DNA from: Macrostomum lignano
Lineage: Eukaryota
Assembly: GCA_002269645.1 (NCBI GenBank)
Contig: NIVC01000028.1
Span: 248,001 to 312,000 of the forward strand
DNA: 64,000 nt
Direction of reading: 5' to 3'
A program made the translations under genes and the position numbers. Shown here one piece after another: positions 1-13,565 of this stretch. The stretch's first letter is position 1. Each line of letters opens with the position of its first letter. Under the pieces are notes generated by a model. That model was not told the origin of the DNA, ran no database searches, and was given only the letters and a program-made list of their open reading frames with translations.

Positions 1-1100
1 AAGCATCATGGAAGAATAAAAGAAGTGTAATGTAAAAATCAAAAGAAGCGTCATGTCAGACATGAAGGGTGTCATGTAAAAATAAAATGCAGCTATAATG
101 CTGTGCTGGGAAGAAAAACTGAGACGTAAAGGCTCTCAGAGAATAACTGAGATTACGAGGGGGGGTTGTTTCTGGGATCTCAAAGCAAAAGTCAGAAGCT
201 ACTTCAAAGTTCATGTACTTTACTCAATTTTTATTGCATTCTTTGTTGGCTCGCCATGGGGGGGTGCTGATAGAAGAAGAGTCATGTAAAAAATAAAAGT
301 AGCACTATGTATACATAAAAGAAAAGTCATGTCGAAGTTAAAAGATTCATTTGGGAATTGCTACGATGTCAAAGCTTGGTGGAAATCGTTATAGTGCTGT
401 GATTCTTAAAGAAGGAATCACTAAAATGTCAAGGCTTAGGGGAGAAGAATTGCTGAGATTTCAAGGCTTTAGGTTGGGTTAAAGTTAGGTTTAGGTCAGG
501 TGTGGGTTGAGGGTTATATTTTATCGGGTTTCAAGGTTAACAGTGGATTTTTTAGATTTCAAGGTTTATGGGGGCCATCGCTGACATGTCAAGGCTTACG
601 GGGGGGGAATAGCTGAGATGTCAAGGCTCACGGGGGTATAAATGAGATTTCAAGGCTAAAGTCAGAAGCTACATGTAGTTTATTGAAAACTTTTTATTAC
701 ATTATTTGATGCCTCCTCAGGCGAGGGATCGCTGATAAAAAAAGCGTTATGTAAAAAATAAAAGAAGCTTATCGCTATAATGCTGTAGTAGTGCTATTAT
801 GACTCTTAGAGAGAATTACTGAAATTTCAATGCTTTAGGGTTAGGTTAGGGTTAGGGTTAGGGTTAGGGTTAGGGTTAGAAGGTTGACAGATATTTTTAG
901 ATTTCCAAGGCTTATTGGGGGCATTGCTGAGATGTCAAGGGGGAAGTTGATATGTTAAAGCTGGGGGGGGGGAATTACTGACATGTCAAGGCTTACAAGG
1001 TTTGACAGGAGATTTTTTAAGATTTCAAGGATACATGTAGCTTATTAAAAAACGTGTATAGCATTTCTTTGGCTCCCCAACGGGGGGCGTAGATTGCTAG
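1..1100 (+). mobile_element. Non-autonomous Helitron-type element, family A, 3' portion (5' part lies outside the window)
   Basis: Ends in GC hairpin CCCC-AAC-GGGG (1074-1086) followed about 10 nt later by CTAG (1097-1100). Sequence matches 11940-13091, 32400-33568 and 35160-36255. Confidence 0.8.
835..878 (+). repeat. Interstitial telomere-type (TTAGGG)n tract in family A (also at about 2487-2530 minus, 12827-12868, 33303-33345, 36000-36050)
   Basis: TTAGGG units read directly, at the same position in every family A copy. Confidence 0.9.
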
Positions 1101-1126
1101 TATATACTAAAAATGGTCTGTCTGTG

Positions 1127-1163
<37 letters not shown>

Positions 1164-2262
1164 GTGATCGATTAGAGAAAAAATGGCTAGACCGATTTTG
1201 TTCGAACTTGCACTGTTCGATCAGAAATTTTCCCGTGACGGTACATGCATCGTGGCTAAGAAATTGCTCCATGTTAAAGCGATTAAATATTCGAAAAACA
1301 TGCTTTTTTGCAAAGGTCAAGCAAACTTTTCGACTTGAAATGCATTGTAAGAATGCTAGAGAAAAAACTGACTGGTTGAATTCTGATTCTGAAATAGATT
1401 GCATCATAACTGAATTGTAACTCCGACTTGAATTGAAAATGCAGTGTGGAAGCGTAGCACCAGACTTGATTTAAATTGCGTAACCATATCCTATATACTA
1501 AAAATGAAAATTTTGTTTTGACTGAGAAACTGATTATGTCATAACTGCTTCGTGTGATTTACTCTATGCTTGGATTTTAAAGTGTTGAATTAAATAAGTG
1601 AAAAATTTGATGTTATTAAAACGATGAGAGCTAGCCTAGAGGTGAACAAACTGAACTGCTAAATGCAGCGACGATGATTCGAATTTTCATAAAGTATAAT
1701 TTTTTTAATTAAAGCTTTTCAACGTCAGGAAAACTAAAAGACTTTTTAAAAGGAAGCGTCATGTAAAAATCATAGAAGCGTCATTTAAAAAATCATAGAA
1801 GCGTCATGTAAACAATCATAGAAGCGTCATGTAAACAATCAGAGAAGCGTCATGTAAACAATCATAGAAGTGTCATATAAAAATCATAGAAGTGTCATTT
1901 AAAAAATCATAGAAGCGTCATGTAAACAATCATAGAAGCGTCATGTAAAAAATCGTAGAAGCGTCATATAAAAAGCATAGAAGCGTCATGTAAAAAATCA
2001 TAGAAGCGTCATGTAAACAATCAGAGAAGCGTCTTGTAAAATATCGTAGAAGCGTTATGTAAAAATCATAGAAGCGTCGTGTAAACAATCATAGAAGCGT
2101 CATGTAAAAATCATAGAAGCGTCATGTAAAAAATCATAGAAGCGTCATGTAAACAATCATAGAGGCGTCTTGTAAACAATCATAGAAGCGTCATGTAAAC
2201 AATCATAGAAGCGTCATGTAAAAAATCGTAGAAGCGTCATGTAAACAATCATAGAAGCGTCA
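1101..2262 (+). mobile_element. Helitron family A, 5' half of a copy interrupted by a nested insertion (continues at 11101)
   Basis: Starts TATATACTAAAAATG plus (TCTA)n, then the shared core and the 23-bp satellite. It breaks at GAAGCGTCA|, and the satellite resumes in register as |TGTAAACAAT at 11101. Confidence 0.8.
1755..2262 (+). repeat. 22-23-bp satellite (ATCATAGAAGCGTCATGTAAA(C/A)A) in family A
   Basis: Tandem units read directly from the sequence. Confidence 0.95.
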
Positions 2263-3419
2263 CTAGCAATCTACGCCCCCGTTGGGGAGCCAAAGAAATG
2301 CAATACACGTTTTTTTAATAAGCTACATGTATCCTTGAAATCTTAAAAAATCTCCTGTCAAACCTTGTAAGCCTTGACATGTCAGTAATTCCCCCCCACA
2401 AGCTTTAACATATCAACTTCCCCCCTTGACATCTCAGCCATGCCCCCAATAAGCCTTGGAAATCTAAAAATATCTGTCAACCTTCTAACCCTAACCCTAG
2501 CCTAACCCTAACCCTAACCTAACCCTAAAGCATTGAAATTTCAGTAATTCTCTCTAAGAGTCATTATAGCACTACTACAGCATTATAGCGATTCCCTGCA
2601 AGCCTCGACATCGTAGGGATTCCCAAATGAATATCTTAACTTCAACATGAAGCTTCTTTTATTTTTTACATTACGCTTTTTTAATCAGCGATCCCTCCCC
2701 TGAGGAGGCATCAAATAATGTAATAAAAAGTTTTCAATAAACTACATGTAGCTTCTGACTTTAGCCTTGAAATCTCATTTATACCCCGTGAGCCTTGACA
2801 TCTCAGCTATTCCCCCGTAAGCCTTAACATGTCAGCGATGGCACCCATAAACCTTGAAATCTGAAAAATCCCCTGCTAACCTTGAAACTCGATAAAATAT
2901 AACCCTCAACCCACACCTGACCTAAACCTAACTTTAACCCAACATAAAGCCTTGAAATCTCAGCAATTCTTCTCCCTAAGCCTTGACATTTTAGTGATTC
3001 CTTCTTTAAGAATCACAGCACTATAACGATTTCCACCTAGCTTTGACATCGTAGCAATTCCCAAATGAATCTTTTAACTTCGACATGACTCTTCTTTTAT
3101 GTATACTTAGTGCTACTTTTATTTTTTACATGACTCTTCTTCTATCAGCGCCTCCCGTGGCGAGCCAACAAAGAATGCAATAAAAAAATTGAGTAAAGTA
3201 CATGAACTTTGAAGTAGCTTCTGACTTTTGCTTTGACATCTCAGAAACCCCCCCCGTAATCTCAGTTATTCTCCGTGAGCCTTGACGTCTCAGTAATTCT
3301 CCCCAGCACAGCATTATAGCTGCATTTAATTTTTCCATGACACCTTTCATGTCTGACATGACGCTTCTTTTATTCTACTATGATGCTTCTTAATTTTTTA
3401 AATGACACTTTCATTAGTT

Positions 3420-4830
3420 TTTAAATGACGCTTCTATAATTTTTTCATGACGCTTCTATGATTTTTTCATGACGCTTCTATGATTTTAACATGACGCTTC
3501 TATGATTTTTTCATGACGCTTCTATGATTTTTTACATGACGCTTGTATGATTGTTTACATGACGCTTCTATGATTTTTTCATGACGCTTCTATGATTTTT
3601 TACATGACGCTTGTATGATTGTTTACATGACGCTTCTATGATTTTTAAAATGACGCTTCTATGATTTTTTAAATGACGCTTCTATGATTGTTTACATGAC
3701 GCTTTTATGATTTTTACATGACGCTTCTATGATTTTTTACATGACGCTTCTATGATTGTTTACATGACGCTTCTATGATTGTTTACATGACGCTTCTATG
3801 ATTTTTTAAATGACGTTTTTTGATTTTTATATGACGCCTCCATGGTTGTTTACATGACGCTTTAATGATTTTTTCATGACGCTTCTATGATTTTTTACAT
3901 GACGCTTCTATGATTGTTTACATGACGCTTCTATGATTGTTTATATGACGCTTCTATGATTTTTTAAATGACGCTTCTACGATTTTTTACATGACGCTTT
4001 TATGATGTTTTAGATGACGCTTCTATGATTTTTTACATGACGCTTCTATGATTTTTTACATGACGCTTCTATGATTGTTTACACGATGCTTCTATGATTT
4101 TTTACATGACGCTTCTATGATTTTTTACATGACGCTTCTATGATTGTTTACATGACGCTTCTATGATTTTTACATGACGCTTCTATGATTGTTTACATGA
4201 CGCTTCTATGATTGTTTATATGACGCTTCTATGATTTTTACATGACGCTTCTATGATTTTTTACATGACGCTTCTATGATTGTTTACACGATGCTTCTAT
4301 GATTTTTTACATGACGCTTCTATGATTTTTTACATGACGCTTGTATGATTTTTTACATGACGCTTCTATAATTATTTCATGACGCTTCTACGATTTCTGC
4401 AGGACGCTTCAATGATTTTTACATGACACCTCTATGATTTTTACATGACGCTTCTATGATTTTTACATGACGCTTCTATGATTTTTTATATGACGCTTCT
4501 ATGATTGTTTATATGACGCTTCTATGATTTTTTACATGACGCTACTATGATTTTTACATTACGCTTCTATGATTGTTTACATGACGCTTCCATGATTGTT
4601 TACATGACGCTTCCATGATTGTTTACATGACGCTTCTATGATTTTTTACATGACGCTTCTATGATTGTTTACATGACGCCTCTATGATTTTTTACATGAC
4701 GCTTCTATGATTGTTTACATGACGCTTCTATGATTGTTTACATGACGCTTCTATGATTTTTTACATGACACTTCTATGCTTTTTACATGATGCTTCCACG
4801 ATTTTTTACATGACGCTTTTATGATTTTTT
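3420..4830 (-). repeat. 22-23-bp family A satellite, inverted
   Basis: Tandem TGACGCTTCTATGATTGTTTACA units. Confidence 0.95.
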
Positions 4831-4854
4831 TAGTTTTCTTGGCGTTAAAAAGCT

Positions 4855-4940
4855 TTAATTAAAAAACTCTACTCTCTAAAAATTCGAACCATCGTTTCTG
4901 CATTTAGCAGTTCAGTCTGTTTACCTCTAGGCTAGCTCTC
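4855..4940 (-). promoter_or_regulatory. tRNA-like Pol III cassette in family A (also at 1626-1706, 30506-30595, 34050-34130 on plus)
   Basis: Minus strand reads TAGCCTAGAGG...GGTTCGAATT followed by a T-run. Confidence 0.5.
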
Positions 4941-5954
4941 ATCGTTTTGATAACATGAATTCAGCACTTATAATTATAAGTTTCAAAACTCCAAGCATAG
5001 AGTAAATCACACGAGGCAGTTATGACATAATCAATTTCTCAGTCAGTCAGTATCAGTTAACAATATGGTTGCGCAATCTAAATCAAGTCTAGTGCTACGC
5101 TTCCACACTGCATTTTCAATACTGTGACGCAATTCAATTCGGAGTTACAATTCAGTTATGATGTAATCCATTTCAGAATCAGAATTCAACCAGTCAGTTT
5201 TTTCTCTAGCATTCTTACAATGCATTTCAAGTCGAAAAGTTTGCTTGACCTTTGCAAAAAAGCATGTTTTTCGAATATTTAATCGCTTTAACATGGAGCA
5301 ATTTCTTAGCCAAGATGCATGTACCGTCCCAGGAAAATTTCTGATCGAACAGTGCAAGTCTCATGAAAATCGGTCCAGCCATTTTTTCTCTAATCTATCA
5401 CATATATATAGACATCACATTTTTAGTATATAGGACTAGCCATTTAGCCCCCCACTGGGGAGCCTTGAAAATGACACCAATTGGTTTTTATTTTGGCACA
5501 AGAGTAACCTTACTATAATCGTCCAAAATTTTGATTTCCAATAATCAAAAATTACCTTTTCTCATTTTGGCAGAAATAAATTGTCGTCAATCCGAATTTT
5601 ATTAGCCAAAAAAGTTTCGTTCATCAGCTCAAAACCCTTTCTAAATCAGCAAATAGTGCTTATCCTTTCAAGCACAAACTCTTGATGCATATCGTCACTG
5701 GCCGGGGCATATTCTGATCCGCAGCAGGAGCTCAATATGCAAATCTCTGACGGCCTTAGACCCTCTCTCTAAATTAGCCTAAATCAAAGGATCAAACCAG
5801 CGCAAAGGATTAAATGCGCTGGTATTTCCTATTAGCAGAAATCAGCATCACTTGTGTGTACTTTTTCATTATCTGAATTACATGAGCTACTTGAGCCGTA
5901 CTACCTGACTATCTGACAATCGCCCAACAACCTAACACCCCCCAAAAAAATTTA

Positions 5955-6800
5955 GCCATCGTCCATGAGCCTTGACGTCTCAGCAATTTCCACAGTAAGC
6001 CTTGAGATCTCAGAAATTATCCCAGTAAGCCTTGAGATCTCAGCAATTCCCCCAGTAAGCCTTGACATCTCAGCAATTCCCCCAGTAAGCCTTGAAATCT
6101 CAGCATTCCCCCAGTAAGCATTGAGATCTCAGAAATTATCCCAGTAAGTTTTGAGATCTCAGCAATTCCCTCAGTAAGCCTTGACATCTCAGCAATTCCC
6201 CCAGTAAGCCTTGACATCTCAGTAAGCATAGAAATCTTAGCAATTCCCAGTAGGACTTGACATTTTAGCAATTCCCAGAAAGCCTTGACATCTCAGCAAT
6301 TCCCCCAGTAAGCCTTGACATCTCAGTAATTCCCCAAGTAAGCCTTGAGATCTCAGCAATTCCCCCAGTAAGCCTTGACATCTCAGCAATACCCCCAGTA
6401 AGCCTTGACGTCTGAGGAATTCCCGAGTAAGCCTTGAAATCTCAGCATTCCCCCAGTAAGCTCTGAGATCTCAGCAATTCCCCCAGTAAGCCTTGACATC
6501 TCAGTAAGCATAGAAATTTTAGCAATTTCCAGTAGGACTTGACATTTTAGCAATTCCCAGAAAGCCTTGACATCTCAGCAATTCTTAGTAGGACTTGACA
6601 TCTCAGCAATTCCCCCATTAAGCCTCGACATTGCAGCAATTCTCCCAGCGCAGTATTTAGCCTTGACATCCCAACAACCCAACTCCCCTCTCCAAGAATT
6701 CAGCAATCCCCTTATAAGCCTTGATAACTCAGCTATTCCCCCATGAGCTTTGATATCTTAGCAAGTCTTTAATTGATTGTTGACAGCGGTTAGTCTATGA
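5955..6800 (-). repeat. Degenerate repeats of about 30 bp (GCCTTGACATCTCAGCAATTCCCCCAGTAA) in family B
   Basis: Tandem degenerate units, mirrored at about 22900-23640. Confidence 0.85.
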
Positions 6801-7611
6801 TTGAACCAAAACTGACCCTAAGCCCCCAAACCTACCCATAAGTGAGTCTTGGCATGTTAGCAATTTCCACTATGAGCCTTGAGCCTCAGCATTAAAGTAA
6901 CTTCCTCATAAGCTTTGTAATCTGAATTTCACCGAAAGCCTTGACCTGTCAGCAATTTCCCGTAGAGCCAAAGCATTTAAGTACTCGTAATTCGCCCCAA
7001 GAGCCTTTAATCTTAGCAATTCCTCGATGGATCATTGATGGTTGTCACGACGATCGCTCTATAATTTAACCAAAACCATAACCCTTAACCTGTAGTCGAA
7101 TTTCAGCTATTCCCCAATGAGCTTTGGAAATGTTAGCAATTTCACCACGAACGTTCTAGAGATAGAACCAATTGACCAATTTTAATCGCGTTTTTACGAA
7201 AAGATTTGTAATTATCTGGAAAGAAGAAAATTGAGTGACTAACCTTTCGATATCTTGGCACTTGCATTTTAACAAATAATTTCAGCAATTTCACAAATTA
7301 AACTTGAAATCAAAGCAATTCTTCCCAGAATGACATAATTATAGCAATTCCCCCTGAGCCTTGAGATCTTATAAATTCTACCGTGAGTCTTGATATCACA
7401 GCAATTTCCCATACCAGCATTATGCTCGTAGCAATAGTCTTAGCAGTCTTAACAGTCTAAGCAATTCCCGATGAGACTTTTACGTTCGACAGGGCGCTTC
7501 ATTTATGATTGATATGATGATTCTTGTTCGCTTTTTCTTGCGTTGCGTTTTCTTCTCTTTAAAAGTTTTTATTAAAAAAATTACAATATTTTACCATAGC
7601 TTTCTGCAGTT

Positions 7612-8540
7612 TAGCAATGGTTCACCAGCAGTTTAGCAATGCTTCACCAGCAGTTTAGCAATGGTTCACCAGCAGTTTAGCAATGGTTTACCAGCAGTTT
7701 AGCAATGGTTTACCAGCAGTTTAGCAATGCTTCACCAGCAGTTTAGCAATGGTTTACCAGCAGTTTAGCAATGCTTCACCAGCAGTTTAGCAATGCTTCA
7801 CCAGCAGTTTAGCAATGCTTCACCAGCAGCTTAGCAATGCTTCACCATGCATTCAGCAATGGTTCACCAGCATTTCAGCAATGTTTCACCAGCAGTTTAG
7901 CAATGCTTCACCAGCATTCAGCAATGGTTTACCAGCATTCAGCAATGCTTTACCAGCATTTCAACAATGGTTCACCAGCAGTTTAGCAATGCTTCGCCAG
8001 CAGTTTAGCAATGCTTCACCAGCAGTTTGCATTAGCTATGGTTCACCAGCATATCAGCAATGCTTCACCAGTAGTTTAACAATGCTTCACCAGCAGTTTA
8101 GCAATGCTTCACCAGCAGTTTAGCAATGGTTTACCAGCAGTTTAGCAATGCTTCACCAGCAGTTTAGCAATGCTTCACCATGCATTCAGCAATGGTTCAC
8201 CAGCATTTCAGCAATGCTTTACCAGCATTTCAGCAATGTTTCACCAGCAGTTTAGCAATGCTTCACCAGCATTCAGCAATGGTTTACCAGCATTCAGCAA
8301 TGCTTTACCAGCATTTCAACAATGGTTCACCAGCAGTTTAGCAATGCTTCGCCAGCAGTTTAGCAATGCTTCACCAGCAGTTTGCATTAGCTATGGTTCA
8401 CCAGCATATCAGCAATGCTTCACCAGTAGTTTAACAATGCTTCACCAGCAGTTTAGCAATGCTTCACCAGCAGTTTAGCAATGCTTCACCAGCAGTTTAG
8501 CAATGATTCACCAGCAGTTTAGCAATGATTCACCAGCACT
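7612..8540. repeat. 22-bp satellite (AGCAGTTTAGCAATGCTTCACC) with an internal 355-bp duplication
   Basis: Tandem units. Near-identical ORFs at 7815 and 8170 mark the 355-bp duplication. Confidence 0.9.
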
Positions 8541-10084
8541 GTTTTGCACAATCAGTGAGCAGATGGTCACTAATCTTTGCTTATTGCCATATTGTTTCTG
8601 GATAATCGAAACCATATGAAATGCTTTGTCAACTTGCAGGTTAAAATTGATTTGTAATCCCCTTACATATTTATTATTTTATTTTATACATCAGATTAGC
8701 ACTGCTCACCCCGATTAGCGCTGCTCTTAAAGCTTAGCGTAGCCCCAGCAAAAGTATCTACAAAATAAAAATGCTAAAAATTTGCATGAATCCTCATAGG
8801 AAACAATGATTATTGTCACAAAGATAAATTCGCTGCTTCAATACAGACTCGAACTGCCGACCTTCTGCTAAAAGCCTTATAGTATTCAAGAAGTTTAGTA
8901 ACTTCGGCAGTTTGAAGTTAACCCCCCCCCTGAAATCGGCAGTTATCTCCACAACATCCTGAAATTAGCTATCACTTCTAATCCCACAAACAGACTGCAG
9001 TCATACACTTAGCAGCCTGCAGATATCCACTGTGCCGTCTACAACTTTCATTAACATCAGCAAACTACAATAATTCACTCAGCAGTCCGCAGTTATCCAC
9101 TCAACAACTTGCACTTAATTCTTCACAGCTATTATCCACTTTAAACTCTGTAGATAGTTATCCCCTCAACAGTTTGCTGCTATGCACTCATAAGTGTGGA
9201 GGAACTACCTCAGCAGTTTGTTCCATTTTTCCCTTAGCAGTCTGCATGAATGATCCCTTTGACAATCTGCAGTTCCCCTCAGCATCTTCTCTTCTCCTTT
9301 CCAATAATCTTCCAATCTTCAAATAATCTAAAAATGTGCTCAGCATTTTACGGCTCACTAAACAATTTTCAGTACATATCGGCATTCTTAAAAAGCTCAA
9401 AATTTAGCAATACCTTTAAGCAATTTTAACAGCATGGTCTGCAGTTTAATAGCAATTTCATGCTTTCATGGTGCGAGGCAGTACTCGTTGATGGGATCAG
9501 TAATGCACGAAGCAGTTTTTAAAAATCAAATTTTATAAGTGGCTTGTGCCAAGTAGCAAAAATTATTTGCTAATTAATAAAAAATGTTGCAATTATAATT
9601 AATAAAAATATGTTATATTTAGTCGAGTCACAAGCTACAAAAGAATGAATTTACTTATTTTAATTATCCACCAGGGAGGCGGACTCGAACCTTGGACCTT
9701 ACGCCTAGCCTAAACCTAGTCCTAGTGCCTACACTGCGGCTATTCCGCCTACTGATGGAAGGGCGCAAAAATCAGAGATATATGCTTCGGCACTGCAGTC
9801 AAATACATAGCAGTGATAGCCTGCTCAGTGTGCACAGTTTTGGTGCTGGCAGAGCCATTGCACAGTTAAGTAAATCTCTCAATTTCAATACTTTTAAAAT
9901 GCACTGGCTGATTTCTCTCTCCCTCCAGAGTGCCTGCGCAATGCTTGGCACACTGCCTCCTGCTGAAAAGCTCAGAGTCAGTTTATAGCGAGACTATGCA
10001 GTACGCAGTTGTGGCGCAATCATTTGGAATTGGAATTCAGCCAGTCAAGAATTCATTTCAAATCAAAAGCATTTAGATAAACTT

Positions 10085-10786
10085 GTTTTTCGAATATTTA
10101 ATACCTTTAGCATTGAAGCAGATCCAAGAAATTTTAACTGTCTTTTTTCCAGATAATTACAAATCTTTTGGCGAAAACGCGATCAAAATTGGTCAAGAAT
10201 TTCAGTCCGTAGAGCGTTACGAAAAACTGATCTTAGACGCTTAAAGAGCTCGCTGCTAGCCTCCAGAATAATTTTATTTTTGACCTCTGGTATGGTTGCG
10301 CAATTTAAATAGAGTAATTATCTGGGCAGTGGGGCCCATGAGTTTTCTTATCAGTTGGCTCTGGCGCAATCAATTAAAATTGGCAGTGAAGTTTCTGGCT
10401 GATAAAATTTGCATTGAATTTGCCCATTTAAAACTGTTTTTCGAATATTTAATACCTTTAGCATTGAAGCAGATCCAATAAATTTTAACTGTCTTTTTTC
10501 CAGATAATTACAAATCTTTTGGCGAAAACGCGATCAAAATTGGTCAAGAATTTCAGTCCGTAGAGCGTTACGAAAAACTGATCTTAGACGCTTAAAGAGC
10601 TCGCTGCTAGCCTCCAGAATAATTTTATTTTTGACCTCTGGTATGGTTGCGCAATTTAAATAGAGTAATTATCTGGGCAGTGGGGCCCATGAGTTTTCTT
10701 ATCAGTTGGCTCTGGCGCAATCAATTAAAATTGGCAGTGAAGTTTCTGGCTGATAAAATTTGCATTGAATTCGCCCATTTAAAACT
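10085..10786. repeat. 351-bp tandem duplication in the family B core
   Basis: GTTTTTCGAATATTTAAT recurs at 10085, 10436 and 10787. Duplicated ORFs at 10296 and 10647. Confidence 0.9.
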
Positions 10787-11100
10787 GTTTTTCGAATATT
10801 TAATCCCTTTAGCATTGAAGCAGATACAAGAAATTTTAACCATACAATCCCAGGCTGATTACGAATCTTTTGGCGAAAACGCGATGAAAATCGGTGAAGA
10901 ATTGCAATCTCTAGAGCGTTATGGACATTCAAGCATACAAACCTTAGAGATTTAGTATAAGAAGAAATCTTTTGGCGAAAACGCGATGAAAATCGGTGAA
11001 GAATTGCAATCTCTAGAGCGTTATGGACATTCATTCAAGCATACAAACCTTAGAGATTTAGTATATTTAGATAGAAGATAGAAGATTTAGTATATTTAGA

Positions 11101-11935
11101 TGTAAACAATCATAGAAGCGTCATATAAAAATCATAGAAGCGTCATGTAAACAATCATAGAAGCGTCATGTAAACAATCATGGAAGCGTCATGTAAAAAT
11201 CATAGAAGCGTCATATAAAAAATCATAGAAGCGTCATGTAAACAATCATAGAAGCGTCATGTAAAAAATCGTAGAAGCGTCATATAAAAATCATAGAAGC
11301 GTCATGTAAACAATCATAGAAGCGTCATGTAAACAATCATAGAAGCGTCATGTAAACAATCATAGAAGCGTCATGTAAAAAATCATAGAAGCGTCATGTA
11401 AACAATCATGGAAGGGTCATGTAAAAATCATAGAAGCGTCATATAAAAAATCATAGAAGCGTCATGTAAACAATCATAGAAGCGTCATGTAAAAAATCGT
11501 AGAAGCGTCATATAAAAAGCATAGAAGCGTCATGTAAAAAATCATAGAAGCGTCATGTAAAAAATCATAGAAGCGTCATGTAAACAATCATAGAAGCGTC
11601 ATGTAAAAATCATAGAAGCGTCGTGTAAACAATCATAGAAGCGTCATGTAAAAAAATCATAGAAGCGTCGTGTAAACAATCATAGAAGCGTCATGTAAAA
11701 AAAATCATAGAAGCGTCATGTAAACAATCATAGAAGCGTCATGTAAAAATCATAGAAGCGTCATGTAAAAAATCATAGAAGCGTCATGTAAAAATCATAG
11801 AAGCGTCATGTAAAAATCAGAGAAGCGTCATGTAAACAATCATAGAAGCGTCATGTAAAAAAATCATAGAAGCGTCATGTAAATAATCATAGAAGCGTCA
11901 TGTAAAAAAATCATAGAAGCGTCATGTAAAAACTA
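11101..11935 (+). repeat. 22-23-bp family A satellite (continuation of 1755-2262)
   Basis: Tandem units. Confidence 0.95.
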
Positions 11936-13091
11936 ATAAAAGTGTCATTTAAAAAATTAAGAAGCATCATGGTAGAATAAAAGAAGCGTCATGTCAGACA
12001 TGAAGGGTGTCATGTAAAAATAAATGCAGCTATAATGCTGTGCTGGGGAGAAAAACTGAGACGTAAAGGCTCACGGAGAATAACTGAGATTACGGGGGGT
12101 GGGGTTCTGAGATGTCAAAGCAAAAGTCAGAAGCTAATTCAAAGTTAATGTACTTTACTCAATTTTTTTATTGCATTCTTTGTTGGCTCGCCACGGGGGG
12201 GGGCGCTGATAGAAGAAGAGTCATGTAAAAAATAAAAGTAGCACTATGTATACATAATAGAAAAGTCATGTCGAAGTTAAAAGATTCATTTGGGAATTGC
12301 TACGATGTCAAAGCTTGGTGGAAATCGTTATAGTGCTGTGATTCTTAAAGAAGGAATCACTAAAATGTCAAGGCTTAGGGGAGAAGAATTGCTGAGATTT
12401 CAAGGCTTTAGGTTGGGTTAAAGTTAGGTTTAGGTAAGGTGTTGGTTGAGGGTTATATTTTATCGGGTTTCAAGGTTAACGGGATTTTTTAGATTTCAAG
12501 GTTTATGGGGGCCATCGCTGACATGTCAAGGCTTACGGGGGAATAGCTGAGATGTCAAGGCTCACGAGGGTATAAATGAGATTTCAAGGCTAAAGTCAGA
12601 AGCTACATGTAGTTTATTGAAAACTTTTTATTACATTATTTGATGCCTCCTCAGGGGAGGGATCGCTAATTAAAAAAGCGTAATGTAAAAAATAAAAGAA
12701 GCTTCATGTTGAAGTTAAGAGATTCATTTGGGAATCCCTACGATGTCGAGGCTTGCAGGGAATCGCTATAATGCTGTAGTAGTGCTATAATGACTCTTAG
12801 AGAGAATTACTGAAATTTCAATGCTTTAGGGTTAGGTTAGGGTTAGGGTTAGGCTAGGGTTAGGGTTAGAAGGTTGACAGATATTTTTAGATTTCCAAGG
12901 CTTATTGGAGGCATTGCTGAGATGTCAAGGGGGGAAGTTGATATGTTAAAGCTTGTGGGGGGAATTACTGACATGTCAAGGCTTACAAGGTTTGACAGGA
13001 GATTTTTTAAGATTTCAAGGATACATGTAGCTTATTAAAAAAACGTGTATTGCATTTCTCTGGCTCCCCAACGGGGGGCGTAGATTGCTAG
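11101..13091 (+). mobile_element. Helitron family A, 3' half of the copy starting at 1101
   Basis: 23-bp satellite to about 11935, then the family A 3' region, then hairpin and CTAG (13088-13091). Confidence 0.8.
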
Positions 13092-13565
13092 TCCTATATA
13101 CTAAAAATGAAATGTCTGTAACTAACTAGCTATGCGATAGATTTCAGAAAAAATGGCTCAACCGATTTTCTTCAAACTTGCACCATTCGATCAGAAATGT
13201 TCCTGGGACGGTACATGTATCTTGGCTAAGAAATTGCTCAATGTTAAAGGGATTAAATATTCGAAAAACATGCTTTTTTGCAAAGGTCAAGCCAAATTTT
13301 TGACTTGAAATGCATTGTAAGAATGCTAGAGAAAAAACTGACTGGCTGAATTACGATTGTGATAAAGATTGCATCACAACAAGGTGAAAACAGTGCCACA
13401 GAAACGCACACAAGACTTCATTGAAATTGCGTAACCATATTGCTAACTTGAATTGAGACTGATACTGGCTGACTGAGAAATTGATTATGTCATAACTTTT
13501 TACTCTTACCGACTTGCTATAAGTATTGAATTATAAGGGCCACAAGTCATGTTCTCCAATTGAAA

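Larger units (their letters stand above)
2263..5435 (-). mobile_element. Helitron family A, complete copy (about 3.17 kb), inverted
   Basis: On the minus strand the 5' end is TCCTATATACTAAAAATG (from 5435) and the 3' end is CCCCAACGGGGGCGTAGATTGCTAG (CTAG at 2263-2266). Internal order is core, 23-bp satellite, TTAGGG tract. Confidence 0.85.
5436..11100 (-). mobile_element. Helitron family B, complete copy (about 5.67 kb), inverted
   Basis: On the minus strand the 5' end is TCTAAATATACTAAATC (from 11100) and the 3' end is CCCCAGTGGGGGGCTAAATGGCTAG (CTAG at 5436-5439). Collinear reverse complement of 16611-24161. Confidence 0.85.

Noticed and set aside
835-878. True telomere or chromosome end
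   Set aside because: The TTAGGG tracts are short, internal and repeated as part of element A.
1094-1420. Recurrent ORF of about 70 aa (HCSIRNFPVTVHASWLRNC...) and its antisense ORF in every A/D core
   Set aside because: It has non-ATG starts, lacks Rep HUH or helicase motifs, and recurs only because the copies are near-identical. It is not a transposase.
8845-8880. Second tRNA-Lys-like fragment in family B (minus strand GCTTTTAGCAGAAGGTCGGCAGTTCGAGTC)
   Set aside because: There is no recognisable A-box, and the B-box is degraded in the other copy (about 18150-18180). Too weak to call.
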